Numbered from the stretch's first letter, positions 1-14,373 are shown. The stretch: DNA of 64,000 nucleotides from Schizochytrium sp. TIO01 (GCA_004764695.1 SMSO01000032.1:5364483-5428482), one strand, 5' to 3'. Notes: generated from the letters alone by a model not told the origin. Translations and numbers: made by a program.

Positions 1-509
1 TGTTAGTTCTGAAATCAGCTAGTCGCTCTTACAATGGCTAATAGACTTTCCTTTGCGCTTGGCTTTTTACAATGATTCTTGAAATTAGTACTAGTGATCT
101 TACTTCTGCAGAACATCATGTGATCTGAAAAACAATTTTAGTAAACTTATGGTTTTATAACCACGTGTGGCTTGAAAATCAACACTTGTACATTCAAGAC
201 TTTAAATTGCTCTCAGAGAAGAACATTGAGGGTAGATAGAACATAACAACACAAAGAGGCATCAAAGGTACACATTTGCTTGAATAAAATTATAATAAAT
301 TAACTCAGAAAAAATTATGAATGGTATTAACCTGCTCATGGCAAAGCTAACCCCCCCTTTTTTTAAAGGAAGAGAAAGTCGTGATCGTGATGAATTCTTG
401 CAAAGTAGATTGAAGACAGAGTCTGGCTAGAGAAGACATTAGAGACGAGTGCGCAATAACGGTACAAAAGCTCCAAAGTGCTGGTTTGCTCATTACGGCA
501 TAACATAAC

Positions 510-1535
510 TTAGAGACCATACATCATCACGTCGTGCAAGAAGCCTCCAATAGGCGCTCCAAATAGTGGGCCTATGATGTAGACCCACATGCCGCTTTGA
601 GGGCCTGGAATTGAGATATTTTTCCAACCCATAGCATATGTCACGATGCGTGGGCCAAAATCACGAGCAGGGTTGATGCTAGTCTGACTGATGGGAGCAA
701 ACACTGAAACAATAATGCAAATTACCAAGCCAATGCCAATTGCAACTGTTCCTCCACTAATACGAAGCTGGTGACGTGCATCAGTTAGACAAAGAACACC
801 AAACATAAGAAAACCTGTGCCCATGGCTTCAATGCCAAAAGCACCGGCGGGAGAAACTGTCTGGGCAGTCCAATTTGTATCAGAGTTGACAAAGCTTGGA
901 TTAGGAAAGTAACTGTTGAACGGGGAGGAGGAAAGCTGACTGCCATATTGGCCCCGAATCAATCCATCCGAGTCTTCGAGAATGGCAATCATATTGGACC
1001 AGGTGCCATATACCATGAAAGCACCAATAATACCAGCAGCGATTTGAGCAAGCCAAAACGGCAATAGCTTCCAAATTGGGAAATGTTCTGGACGAAGGAC
1101 CGCAAAGCCGAGGGATACCGCAGGATTTAGATGAGCACCACTAACGCTTGCAGTGCAAAGAACAGCTACAGTGACAACAATTCCCCAAAGCGCTCCTACA
1201 GGGAAAAGACCAGCATATGCACCAGCAATGATAGAGCATACATTTACACCAAGCCCGAAGTATACAACTATGAAGGTACCTACAAATTCGGCAATCATTT
1301 GTTGGATTAGTGTCGGGGGGCGCATGTCATCAGGGGATTCTGTAGGAAATCCACGAACTTTATGGGTCCATGTAACATACCTGCGATGCATGGTGACAAA
1401 GTCTGAGTCGGATTCCGTGCTGTTAGACTCCAAATCTTTCTGATGAGGATTGTTCTCGTCGAAAACCTTGCCCACCTCTTCATCTTTTGTATTGAGGACG
1501 TTGAGAGCATCGTGGGAGGTCGTCTCCAGTGACAT
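510..1535 (-). CDS. Aquaglyceroporin (MIP family, GlpF-like), paralogue 1, 341 aa
   Basis: SGAHLNPAV and SINPARDFGPR (Asp after the second NPA is the glyceroporin signature); AEFVGT in TM1; IEAMGT in TM4; six hydrophobic segments. First ATG at 1535 (the ORF track start is GTG). Confidence 0.95.
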   Translation of the reverse strand: MSLETTSHDALNVLNTKDEEVGKVFDENNPHQKDLESNSTESDSDFVTMHRRYVTWTHKVRGFPTESPDDMRPPTLIQQMIAEFVGTFIVVYFGLGVNVCSIIAGAYAGLFPVGALWGIVVTVAVLCTASVSGAHLNPAVSLGFAVLRPEHFPIWKLLPFWLAQIAAGIIGAFMVYGTWSNMIAILEDSDGLIRGQYGSQLSSSPFNSYFPNPSFVNSDTNWTAQTVSPAGAFGIEAMGTGFLMFGVLCLTDARHQLRISGGTVAIGIGLVICIIVSVFAPISQTSINPARDFGPRIVTYAMGWKNISIPGPQSGMWVYIIGPLFGAPIGGFLHDVMMYGL

Positions 1536-4500
1536 TTTCTTGATCTCCACCGATGGATTGAAAACAAGGGGGACCTTTGTTATGCTACCAGCTAGCTTCT
1601 CCACCTTGCAAGGCAGTTGCTTAAACTTGGATTGATCTCGCGTTTATGCCCACAATGTATATAGTTTACGGTGGTGTAAGTTGAATTCGTAAGTCCAAAT
1701 CTAGTTTTACCTGATTGTGGTTTTAGAATTTCGTGACGTTTGGGTTTTGGATTAGGTTGCAAACCATGACAAGTTTAGATTACAGAATATTTCACTATTA
1801 GCAAAGAACAAAGAGCATAGAGGAGCACAGGGGCGAGACCCAGGAGTTTGTGATTTACCCCCTGACGCGACCATGCGGTGCAAAAGTGAATCAAATTCGA
1901 TGCCCAAGTATTCAAGTTAGGTTTACTATTGGTTCTGTTCCTACAAATGAGGTTCAATATGCGTTCGAAGAAAGAATGAATTTAATTTCCTCCCTATTTC
2001 TCGCTAGAGTCTATGTCCCTGTGTTCGCTTATATGAACTCAGATAAATTACCATATTTTTATCATACCAGACAACGGGAACACGATCCGATCGCTGAAAG
2101 CTTCAGTTTCTTAGATAATAAAGCGGCAGAACGAGTAAAAGTGCTGGGTCTTGTCAGTTTAATATTTGAAGCGATCCAAACCTTGAAACAGCAGCAGCCG
2201 CATCCATGTGCCGTTGGGTTGACGGAAGTTTCGTCACTGGCCTGGTCTACCTGTGAACAGGCGTCCTGACTGCAGTTTCTTTGTAGTTCTGCATGATGTC
2301 GCTTTTTTTTCTTTTTTTCTTTTTTTTTTGTTTCTTGAGTCACATCATCCTTTTTCTATTTTATCTCAAACGAAACTGCAATTGTGATTCAATGCTGTTG
2401 GCTTCGAACAGGGGAGCTCATGCAACAATCCGCTGCGAGATCCTTGAATCGAAGACTCGCAAAGCAGCCATGGCTCCTTTGAGACCTTTGAGGCAATAGT
2501 GCAGTCCTTTCCAACACCAAAACTGCAGCAACTTTGTGGTGGCATACGGAGACACCATAGTGGCGTCTTTGGAAGAGAAGGAGGCAGAGACAGTTCCCAA
2601 ATGAAAAAGATTTGTGATTTCCTTGTGCTCCTGGTTAGTTGAGATGGCGTCGCTCAGCAAAGTCGAACGTCAATTGCTGCTCGCGACGAGCTCGGGCCAT
2701 GTGAGGCTGCAGGTGTTGATCAAAACTGGTGTTGTCTGAGATTCCTTTGTCTTGGTTCTACATTCCCTCTCATCAGTAAGTAAATGCACTGCTTCCGAGG
2801 CGCTTCTTACTTCCGAGCAAAATCAAAAGCGATGTCTGTGCTTGTTTTCCGACGGTACTGCTTAAGGGTCGAAGAGCCCTCGAGGTGCTAGAGATCCATA
2901 TGCTGCCTCTCAAGACCGCCACCGGTCAAGTAGAAACGCCCAAGAACTAAGCGTGACTAACACGAGAAAGATGGCAATAGTTTTGGGGCTCAGATTGAAG
3001 CAACCTGAGACGAATCCGTCTTGCAAACAGACCCAGTAATTCTTTTGTATAGTTCCACTGAAGATCAGACTACGACATAATCTTGATAATTCTGCCCGGC
3101 CTACGCACGCCGCTTCTGCAAGCTCAGGGGTTCGCTTCGCAGGCCTTCCGAGCTCTTGGTTGGTTTCACTCTCTCTAAGACCTGGGAAGAGGCTTCAGAA
3201 GAAGTTTCCTGGCCACTTCGTTTGCCTAAGTTCGTTTGATCGCGACCTTTCATGTATCGCAAACATACCTCACGAGCTTTGATTCTCCGTGTGCGATGAG
3301 GCTTGGAAATCACGACCATCAACTCCGGTTCCTGACTTGCTTGTTGTGGCCTGCACTTCGTAAGAGCGGCGTTTGGAGCAGAGAGGCTTGAATTTGCGAG
3401 CGAGATACAATAGTAAATAGCTCCTTTTCACTCGAGGGTAATTGTTCCTCCGTGGTGGCATACGCCAACTTGAAGGGAGGTGAGTGTTTTACGTGTGTGT
3501 TTTTAATTACACTACAAAGAATGGTAGAGACGTTTTGTAAAACTCGGGCTCGGCGGAGCTGCTCACGAGATGTTGGTCAGGCTTTAAGCACAGCAATTGT
3601 TTCATTGATTGCCTTCAGTCCGAGCATATCTTACCGAAGAGAACACCGCAATGGAAAGAGAACTGGGAAGCTTCGTGGAAAGGCGTAAGAATTGGACCGC
3701 AGTTGCTGAAAGACACACACCTCCTCAGATAATACAATAAAACTACGCGATGGGGAGAGACCCAGGGGATCAAAATCGAGAACCAATGGAGGTCTATATG
3801 CTATGACCTGCTGAGACGGTCTAAGGGAAATGCAGGTACGTACCTACTTTTGCTTATATAAAAAAGCACTTTGATAAGCGTTACGCTCGTTGTCAAATAT
3901 TAGTGTCTGCCATGTGAAGAGTTGATATGAGCAATGTCTGAAATTTGCTTGTACGGCCAAGCAAGTTGATTTTTAATGATGGTAGGAAGTCCTTATGCCA
4001 GTGCAAGAGGGCCAATATCCGCGCCGAACTAGGTTAGGCTTTAAGCTCATTGAGATTCAAAGAAGCTTCATGATCTTTCAAGCTTGAAGTGGAATACGGT
4101 GAGCTTATTACGGCAGCACATTCGGAAGTAACAATTCATGGGGCATTGCTTTAAATTTTGGTTGAAGACATCAATCAAGGTTTCGTAAGGGGCGGAACTC
4201 ATGGTTTGCTAGAATTGCTCTTGAGAAGTAGTAGAGTTTTGATATTTGCGCGGGCTGAACAAAAGCACAAGCTTTTTGTGTTGTCGGTAAGATCTGGGTG
4301 GTGCTTTCTTCAGTTTGTTGGTACCGTGGCCATTGTTGTTTGCCAAACATTAAAACTGTTGGGAATCGTCTGCCATCTTGTAAACTTCAAGAGCTCACAA
4401 CTATAAGTGCGGTAGAAATAAAGAAATAAAATTCACATATATACGAAATGCAAGAGATAGATCTAAATTCTTTATTCTTGTTGGGCATCAGAATCCTCAG

Positions 4501-5256
4501 TGAAAACTCGATTTGCAGATTGTACATGACTGAGGGTATATATATCAGCATTTCAATTCGACAAGCCTAAAAATGCAGAGCGGAATGGAAAATAGGAGAC
4601 CACTTGTTAAGGAGCGAAATTCGGTGTGCGCATAGAAGAACAAAGAATCACTCTTGTAGATTCGGTGGCTTGACATTGTTTGATTAATACGTGGAAAATC
4701 AGAAGTATCAGTTTGGTAAGCTCGTAGATTTAGGAGTGAAGATAAAAGGAACAGATAGGATATCTACCACAGACTATGGATCGCTATACATAGAGTTAGA
4801 CTAGGTTTCCAGCAAGAAGGCAGAGTTTAGATTTCAATGGCTAGCATGGCTTCGATTCGATGTCGCGTTCCTGAATTCTCACCTTACTCTCGGTCATTCT
4901 GTTTGCTAAATACTCTTCGTTTCATTGACAAAATATCGATTTTAAAAAAGAAAGAGAATATTGCTTCCTGAAAAGACCTTGGATTTATAATTAGGATGAA
5001 GTCGGGAAGGCCGATTTGTATAGAAATGTGCGATGATCACTTTTATTAGACATCACTAATATAAAGGGGTATCCCAAAGGAATATAGAAATCAGAAATTT
5101 GATGTATGAATTGGGTAAGTGACATGGAAAGAAAATTGCTTGGAATAACTTATTAAAATAAGAAAATTAATTGAGTATTGGAGTTGCAGAAGAGAAATTG
5201 CAGAGTATGAAATGTGCTGCGAAGAGGTGGTAGAATATCTACTACACAATGAAGAA

Positions 5257-6261
5257 TTAAATGTTTCGCATGAGGGCAAAATCATACAAGGCTCCACCAA
5301 TAGGCCCACCAATCATAGGGGCGATAAGGTAGATCCACATGTTGCTGTATTGTCCGGGGATAGAAATCTCACCCCATCCAAGGCTGTATGCAACGAGGCG
5401 AGGTCCAAAGTCACGGGCTGGGTTAAGACCCATGTTCTCCAGCGGACCTGCTACACAACCAATAATGAGGACTGCAAGGCCAATGGAATACGCAATTGCA
5501 GCTCCACCGAGACGAAGTTGGTTACGCGGGTCCATAACAGTAAAAACAATGAAGACGAGCCACCCAGTTGCAAACATTTCAATACCGAATGCTCCAGCCT
5601 GAGTTACTGTGTTCTTGGACCAGCCAAGCTCGGCATCGATAAGGCTGGTGGGGCTAGGGTAGAAACCATGGAAGAGCGAAGCGGTCAGCTCGCTACCAGG
5701 CTCTCCGCGGATAATGCCGTAATGAGATTCCATCTGTGTGATAGCGTTGCCATACATTAGATACATGACACCAGCACCAAGCATAGCACCAAGTGTTTGG
5801 GCGACCCAGTAGAATGGCATTTTCCAAACTGGAAACAGCTCTGGACGAAGAATAACAAACGAAAAGGTGATGGCTGGGTTGAGATGGGCACCAGACACAC
5901 TAATGGCAATGAGAATACCCATTGTTACAGCAATGGACCAAATTAGAACAACCTGGAAGACTCCGGAAGTAGAGCCTGCTGTCACTGCGGCCGCAGTGAC
6001 TCCCAAGCCGAAGAAGATGTAGACGCCGGTACCGAGTACCTCGGAGAGAAGTTGCTGAGCGAATGATGGAGGGCGAATATCATCAGGAGATGTGCTTGTA
6101 TGACCACGAAGCACCTTGAGGAAACTGATGTAGCGATTCTTAAAGCTCTGGACCTCTTCTTCGCTATCCTTTTCCATCGATTCACGGGGAGTGGAGGTCA
6201 TGGAGACAGGGCCTTCAGCCTGCGCAACTTTGCTGCTAGCTTCTTCAACATCGGGGACCAT
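5257..6261 (-). CDS. Aquaglyceroporin paralogue 2, 334 aa
   Basis: SGAHLNPAI and GLNPARDFGPR, SEVLGT, W-x-Y-L-I-A-P C-terminal helix; intronless ORF. Confidence 0.95.
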   Translation of the reverse strand: MVPDVEEASSKVAQAEGPVSMTSTPRESMEKDSEEEVQSFKNRYISFLKVLRGHTSTSPDDIRPPSFAQQLLSEVLGTGVYIFFGLGVTAAAVTAGSTSGVFQVVLIWSIAVTMGILIAISVSGAHLNPAITFSFVILRPELFPVWKMPFYWVAQTLGAMLGAGVMYLMYGNAITQMESHYGIIRGEPGSELTASLFHGFYPSPTSLIDAELGWSKNTVTQAGAFGIEMFATGWLVFIVFTVMDPRNQLRLGGAAIAYSIGLAVLIIGCVAGPLENMGLNPARDFGPRLVAYSLGWGEISIPGQYSNMWIYLIAPMIGGPIGGALYDFALMRNI

Positions 6262-7052
6262 GTTGCCGGTAATGAAGACTTTAAGTGTAAGAAACTAAGA
6301 GGTTTGGCCTGGACAAGGGAGGGATTAATGCCGCTTGAAGGGCTTCAACTATAAATTATTGCAAAGCGCTGAGAAATCTCGGCTGCGTTGTTGTTGCAGG
6401 AGGCTTTTGGGGAGGGCTTTGAATTTGGTGATTGCTGACAATCTTTCGTGGCCAGCTTTGCAGAACTCCGGGTCAGGTTTGGTTTTCTCTCTCTCTCTGA
6501 GAGTCGATCATCTACGCAACGGTGCACTCTTTGTTATTAAAGTGGTATGCGAAACTAACAAGCTCTTATCACGATGTTGTTAATCAATACAGAATCAAGA
6601 TGCCCTCGTTAGCATTTAAGACTGCACCTGATAAATCTCCACTCGCTCATCATCGGTGTATTCCCCGCCTGTGCGAGGCGAATCGCCGCAAGACCTCGCT
6701 GTGATCAGTGGGTGCTATGTGCGTGTGTCTCCCCTCTCCAGACCAAGCAGCAAGGCAAGGACCGCTTCCCTCGGGAGACCCAAGCCGGCGCCCTTTTCTG
6801 CCAGCGAGTGAGTGCCCAGAGGCAGACAGACGAGCTTGCGCACGCCAGAAGCGAGACGAGACGAGGTCTGCTTCCCCAGCCGCCGCAACCTCTCAAGCTT
6901 TCCAAATGCAACTCGAAGAGACCTGGCTCGCCCGCGGGGAGCTCCAGAATCTCCTCTCTTACGAGGAGCAAGCGTCCAAAACGCTCGTGGCGTACGAGTG
7001 CAAAACACTCCTCGCAATCGAGAGGCTGCCAAATGGCCAAACAAACTACATC

Positions 7053-7086
7053 GACCAAGACCAAGACCAAGACCAAGACCAAGACC
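7053..7086. repeat. (GACCAA)n hexanucleotide microsatellite
   Basis: About 5.5 perfect copies. Confidence 0.9.
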
Positions 7087-8780
7087 TAGAGCGAGCTCCC
7101 CCCACCTCGTTCTACACGCCGGTTCAGCAGCGCCTTGACGTGTGCTCTCTTCTGCTGCAAGTCCAACTTGGCTGCCTTCCCGATCTTGAAAACTGTCCCA
7201 AGTCCACTCCTCGCCACTCCAACCTCGAGCAAACGGCCACGGCGACGGACACCGTCGCGACGGCAACCTCAATCGTAGCGAGCGATGGCAGAGCTCTCTC
7301 TCAAACAAGCAAGCAAGCAAGCAAGCAAGCAAACACGCAAACAAGCAAACAAGCAAACAAGCAAACAAGAAACCAATCCGAAGAATGGATAAATTGCAGC
7401 AAAGCAAAACTTTGCCAACCAACTAACTCGAAAGTCCTCATGTCGAAAGAAGACACCCTGCTCTTGTCAATCAAGACCTATCGAAGGGGTCTCCTCCGCC
7501 GAGAAAAATGCCCAGTTCTGATGCAGGCAACGTCGTGCGCAAACTCCTCAGTGCGACATGTACGAGGTGTCCCTCCAGCGCGTGTGTTTGCATCTTCCCT
7601 TTTTCCCTTTTTCCCTACAAAGTAATTAATTCTATATATATTTAAAATAATTTTGAATGAATTAAGAATTAATTTATAAAAACTTGATGAAAAACAGGAA
7701 AGACGAAAGCCTATATTTTCTAATTTTAAATAAATAATGTTATAAAAATGGAAACAATTTTATAAAATAAATGAAATTAAAAAATGTAACATATTTGGGG
7801 GCATGAACGAAGAGGAATGAATGAAAGAATGAAAGAATGAAAGAATGAATAAGTTCGTGATGTGGACAGACATCGAAGGCAGATTGCAGAAACTTGAAGA
7901 GGAGCCGCGCTCGCCAGCTCCTGCGACGGTCTCAGCGCGGAGCTCCCGGCAGAGGCCCGGCGTGGTCGCGGGGAGGAGGGCCCCTCCCTCGACTCGCGCC
8001 AAGACCGTTGGTTGTCGCCGGAGCTGCTGCTGCTGGCGAGATCGAGGCAAGTCCAAAACTCGCGCTGGTCCGACGGATCCTCAAGTGCCAAGATACGGCT
8101 GTTTTAACGAGAGGCTTTCAAGAGAGGAAGGAAAGTACCGAACCGTTCATTGCTTGAACAGAAGAAGGCAGTGTAACATACATACATCAGTTCGTATGTA
8201 TGTACGCTCAGGCTCTCTTCTCTTTATTGTTTTTGTGTTATTTTATAGTCTTTTGTTTCGTTTCGTTTCGTTTCGTTTTGTTTTGTATTATTTTGTTTTG
8301 TTTTATTTTATTTTATGGAATTGCACTCTGTTTTCTTCTGTGCCGCTGAGAACGAAAGATCCCTTTTCAAGATCACAGCACTTCGGCTTAGCACCAACAG
8401 AGCAATGGGTGAATCGTGGTGACTGGTAGAATCTAGACGGCAAACGAAGTGGACGGAAGACACGCCGGCTCGAAAGTGGAATTGATGCGCTTCGCTGCGG
8501 TGCAGCGGCATCTCGAGCAGCTCTGGGCAGGCTTTTCGCCGGGCCTCGTGGCCTCTGCGATGAGGGTGGATCGCTGGGAACTTGAAGTTATCTTGCCTTC
8601 GGTTCTCCTGGTATTTGTCAATTTCTTTTGAGGAAGAATGAATTTTTAAAATTATTTTTTTAAATAAATAAATAAATGGGAATGTCTTTGGCTATGATTT
8701 CTAAAGAACTTGAAAGAAATTCAAAAAATGCAAATGAACTGCGCTTCGTTTGGTTCAAACGCTCAGAAGTCGTCCATTTG

Positions 8781-8925
8781 AATGATTTCAAATGATTTCA
8801 AATGATTTCAAATGATTTCAAATGATTTGAAATGATTTGAATAGTTTGAAGGATTTGAATTATTTGAATTATTTGAATGACTTCAATGACTTCAATGACT
8901 TCAATGACTTCAATAACCTCAATAA
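8781..8925. repeat. Compound 10-bp (AATGATTTCA) / 9-bp (AATGACTTC) minisatellite
   Basis: About 5-6 copies of AATGATTT(C/G)A grading through AATTATTTG into 4 copies of AATGACTTC. Confidence 0.85.
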
Positions 8926-9944
8926 CCCCGTGGAAAACCTTGCACCTTTCAAGCTCTCCAAGCCGAGGGAGGCGAGCTTCGCATATTCAGCTTCGGGAGG
9001 GGAGGCCGAGCGGCGCATTTGTTGGCGATCATCGCGAATTCAGCTTCGGCGTGGATGGAGGGCGAAGCAGCGCGCGAGCTTCAGGCAGCCGAGGCGTTGC
9101 GTTTTGGGCCCTCCTTTGGAGCCCTCCTTTGGGACGATCGTCAACGAGGATCTTGGCAGCGGTGGAGCAAGAGCAATCGAAGCTAAAGGTTTCCAGGTTC
9201 TGCTCGCGAGGGAGGTTCTCCTGAGGTCTCTTGGATGGAGCCGCCCTCCACGAAGAAGTTTGCGTTCAAACCTGGCGCCCCCGGTTTGCACCAAGTTCGC
9301 AGGGTCTCAAGACAAACAAACAAACAAATATCCATCCATCTCCCGAGCTCCTTGAACGGAAGCCGCAGCGAACGGAGGTCACAGCTCTATGGACGCCGCT
9401 GAATACAAAGTTCCTTGTCACCAGGGGCGGTCTCAGGTGCGTGGCACCGTCGCGTTCGGGATCGCGATGCGTGGGTACAAAGAACTTGGAGCCCCACGCC
9501 GCTGCTGGCGCTCTTGCGGCTGTTCTCATCTCCGGAGTCCGCTCGCCCTACCCTTCAAGCTGGCGCCGTTGCCGCTGCTGCTGCTGCTGCTGCTGCTTTC
9601 ATCGAAGCTCCTCGAGGGTTCCTGCTCTTCAGGTCCAATTTGTTCGAAGGACGTCGCCGTTGAGGCAGCCAGCCATCTGGTCACCGTCTGAGCGAGTGTG
9701 CGAGTTTGCGTGTCTGTGTCTGTGTCTGTGACTGAGTGTGCGTGTCTGTACCGATGTGTTTCTCTTCGGGTTGGAGTCCAAGTTCTTCTCCCTTCTCCCC
9801 CGTCGAGCTCAACGACCTCGAGTTCAGGCTCTTCTCCGCTCCGATCGCTCGCGAAAGCCTCTGTCGCTCGCTCGCAAGTTCGCTGGCTGGCTCAGGCCTG
9901 AGTCGAGTCGGTCCTTTCTCAACGCCCGGTCAGGGCCTCCTTCA

Positions 9945-10316
<372 letters not shown>

Positions 10317-11709
10317 TCACGAACGGCCTTCTTGATACCTTTCTCAGCGACGGCGCGGCTTTTGGGGACCTTTTCAAAGGCTGTGAAAGGCACCAGAAGA
10401 GAAGAAGAAGAGGAACAGATCTTTGCCCACTCTCTGTTTTTAGTGATGAATGAATGGGAAACTTTAAACGAAGTTAAAAAAAGCAATAACAACAAAGAAT
10501 AAGAAATCGGGAGAGAAAATTCGAAATAGAAAATAGAAAACCTCGCCTCTTCAGAGGCGGGAAAGACTTTAGCCGTCGGGCGGGGCGTCCACCGATGGGC
10601 CTGCCAGCAGGCTGGACAAGGGCGGCCGCTATGGCACCCCCCACGGCGTGCCTCGAAAGCTGCCGGGGCTTCCCCGCCAGGCCAGCCGGTATACTTGGAG
10701 ATTGAACAAAGCCAAGTTAAAAAGTGAAAAAAGTTTGTTTCAAGCTGCAAATGAAAAAAGAAGATTTAAGAAGGGGGAAAGACAGAAAGAGGACTAAGAA
10801 GTGCGAAGCGGCGAAAACACACACCTGTCAGGCAGAAAGAAAGGTGAAACGAAAGCTCGTGGCGCAAGCACTTCACTCATGCGTGTGCGAATGTAAGGTT
10901 CAACTGCAGGTAACGCCTGAGTTCTAAGAACGAGGGAACGAAGAACTTCGAACGGGGGAACGAAGAACCTTGAAGAATTACGAAGAGCTTCGAAGGACTT
11001 GGAACGAATGAATGCAATAAGAGCACTGGCACTGCAATGCAAAAAAGCTTATTCAATCAAGAGCGCGAAGCGAAGCTCCAGGTGCAGCTGCTCCAAAGGA
11101 GGGCCCCACGCACGGCGACAGGTATGCATGTATCCATCTATCTCAGGCGGGCACCGATTTGAAGTGCAGAGGAAACGGTGGAGCAAAGCAAAGCTCAAGA
11201 TCTTGGAGCGAGTTCTTTTGCTCTTGGTGGTGGACAAGCGAGAAGCTGCCGCTATCGAGACATCGCCGCGGCAAGTTTAGGGCAAAGACAGCCGAGCGAA
11301 GCGATTCCAAGGACCCGGAGCACGCATGGGCGGCGACGAAATTCGCTACGTCCTGTCTGGCACCTCGTCTTCAAACGGGACGTACGTTTCAGCCACGATT
11401 TGAAGCACCGTCAACAGCCAAGCCGCTGTTGGCTTTGATCATGATGAAGTTTGAACGTATTGGCGAGTTTTCAGACCAAAGATCATTGACATCGTCGCTA
11501 GAAATTGGCTGTTGCTCGCGCAAATTACATCGTCAAGATATAATACGACCTTGAGACGAACTCGAGTGAGCTCGAACCCGAAGCGAGTGGAATGGAATGG
11601 AATTGAATCGAATAGTCTCTGTGATCGATTTTGTCCATGAGTGGAAATCGAAGAGCGATTCGAAGGAGGTACCCACGTTGACGAAAACCATCCAAATAGC
11701 GAAAGAAGG

Positions 11710-11744
<35 letters not shown>

Positions 11745-14173
11745 ACTGCGAGGCAGGAATACTGAAATCCTGAGCGACAACTGCTTAAACAAACAATCGG
11801 TTACCAGTGAGTGGGGATTCCACCTAAATCTAAAGTCGAGCACTTCAAAGCAGAGGCTGTGTAGATTGTTTTCGTGGTAATTTAATCTACTCATCCCGGA
11901 GAAGAAGAGATCTAAGAAGCCTTGCGGCCCAAATCTTGAGATACCAAACGACGGTCCGCTTCTTCGTCTTCTTGCTCTCAATCCATCAAAGGTCAAATTC
12001 CATTCCCTCGAAAGTCGCCACAAGCTCGCAGACGAGCTCCTCGACGCCTGTGGTTCTGGCAAACCCCCGAAGAGGAGGCGGCCGGAGCTCCAATTTGCAG
12101 AGCTGGAATCCGAAGGTCCGCTTTCATGTCTATGCATAACAATTTGGTTCACTCAGATTGGCGCGATTTGAATTCAAATTGAAAATGGCAATTCGCTCTT
12201 TTGTTGTGGCGGTGCTCTATCATTCTCAGCATCGCCAAGACCGGACCCGCCCCGAAAAGGCGCCACCTGCACCCTTGGACAGCCGGTCCCGCCGCCTCTA
12301 AGCAGCCAGGTGCGGGGCAGGGGGCGGCACAGGGCGAGTCCTTGCGCCCCAGAGACCGAGTTTTGAAGCCGTCGCAGCAGCGGTCGCAATCTCCTTTTTG
12401 CCAATGCCTTCTCTGATCATTTTGATGTTCTTTAATTTAAAATAAATTTTATATAAAAAATAAAAAAACTTAACTTTAAAAAAGGAAAAAGAAAAAAAAG
12501 GAAAAAAAAAAAAGATACAGTTATGATTGTTGTAATTTTTATCCTGACTTTTTTAATTTTCACAAGAAGCAAGCGCATCTTCAAGTTGATCTTCCCCTCC
12601 AGAAAAGCTCAGCCCGATGCGGCAAAGGGAGCAGAACCGCCGCCACGGACGGTGCCGAGGCCGGGCCCCTTAAGATCCCTCAGGCACTGAGACCCGCGTC
12701 CTGCTGCTGGAGCAGGAAGAGGCGAGAGAGAGGTGGTACTTTCGCTCACTCACTCACTACGCATGATACGGTCCCAAGTGACCGAGTGGGAACTTGTGTG
12801 TGGCCTTTAGTTGGGACAAAGGCTCAGCGTACCGATGGCATGATCTGAAGGGATGACGGAAAGAAATCCTCTCCAAGTTTGAACTTTGAAGAACTTTGAA
12901 GGGCAAAGACTGCGCTTTGGACGTCGTGAAGAGCAGGGCAGGAAAGGCGAGAGCAGCCGCCCATTGGCGCACTCTCCTTCTCCAGGGATCGCGCACGTCG
13001 AGGCGAGAAACGGCCCTGAAAACCTCGCCCTGGAGCGAGCTTGACGAAGCGAGGAAAGATGCAAGTACCTGCCTGACTAGCTGGGTGGGTAGATGGGCAA
13101 ATGATAGAAATCGAGATCCTCGCCGGAAGAGGAATTCTCCGCCCTTGCACAGTCCAACACGGACTCCGCGAGCGAGCACCCCGAGCTCCTGATAAACTTC
13201 GAAGGCGTGGCCGATGTTCTCAGAAGACAGAGGCAGAAGAGGTCGGGGAGGTGGAGGCGGGAAGGAGAAAGGAAGTGGAGACAGTCTGCGCAGTTGTGGA
13301 CCGTGTCTGCCTGGAAACTGTTCAAGATCTGGAGCTTGCTTGAGCTTGAGCAGCTTCAGGGCTGTTGCCGGTTTTGAGGACTTGAGGTTTGGTTCCCCAT
13401 CTGTAGAGAAAGGTACTTGGACAGCGCAAGAAAGCGCAAGAAAAGGCAAGGCAAGAAGAACAAGAAGAAGAGCCAACATCGCTGGAAACTGCGTGGACCC
13501 TGGGAGATCGAGGGCATGGGCTGCGGCCGAGCCAGAAGACAGCCCGGCGAACGGCGTAGTGGATGTCATAGACTGGCATAGTCAACGCAAGTATTATTGC
13601 ACTCTTCAAGGCGGGTGAGAATGTGAAACTCTTTGGGGATATAACAGCAGTCAGTCAGTGTGCAAGGTGATCTTGTTGGAGGTGCACAAGCGAAAGGTTC
13701 CCCGACATGAAGGTTTGTACTTGTTTATACTTGGACGCTCGATTCCTTCCTTGGGCACGCTTGTGCAGAAGGCCGAAGCTCGCAGATCGCTAATTCAGCG
13801 TCAGCCGCCGCCCTCGAGACGGCCAACGAGGCGAGGGCGGGAATGGGCCACGCCTGGGACATGAATTGGCACAATTGATTGGCACAATTGATCGCGACAA
13901 AAGGCTTTGCATTACATCGTGGATTCAGCGGGTACTCAATTCATTGCACTCAACTGCTGTTACCTTGAGGTCAGCTCATCAAATGCACTGTTCTCTTGGG
14001 CTTCGCCGAGCTCGGGGAAGTAGGATACTGCAGGAGGGGACGGGCGTGAACGCAACCTCGAGGGTCGGTGTTGCGCGAACTTCTCTCTTTGAGGTGGTGC
14101 GCTACAGTTGAAGAAAACCGACAGCTAAGCGGACCTATTAGAGAAATGATGTCGGGAAACACACGTTTCGAGA

Positions 14174-14373
14174 CGAACCAAAGCTAGTTGTAATGTAGAG
14201 ACCCTTGCAAAAGAGCTCGATAGAAGAGGGATGTTGAACAGATGCTTCAAGCTTGTTCTATCCTTAATCTGACCGAACCAAAGCTAGTTGTAATGTAGAG
14301 ACCCTTGCAAAAGAGCTCGATAGAAGAGGGATGTTGAACAGATGTTTCAAGCTTGTTCTATCCTTAATCTGAC
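14174..14373. repeat. 100-bp tandem duplication (2 copies)
   Basis: 14174-14273 equals 14274-14373 except one substitution (gatgctt vs gatgttt). Confidence 0.95.

Noticed and set aside
6708-7625. 305-aa ORF and overlapping ORFs
   Set aside because: Non-ATG start, runs through microsatellites, no domain; chance ORF in GC-rich DNA.
10921-11010. Heat-shock-element-like GAA/TTC cluster
   Set aside because: Spacing does not fit nGAAnnTTCn; a degenerate purine-rich repeat.
12757-13569. 270-aa minus ORF with signal-peptide-like stretch
   Set aside because: The hydrophobic run derives from AAG/CTT simple repeats; no recognisable domain; several frames are open here.
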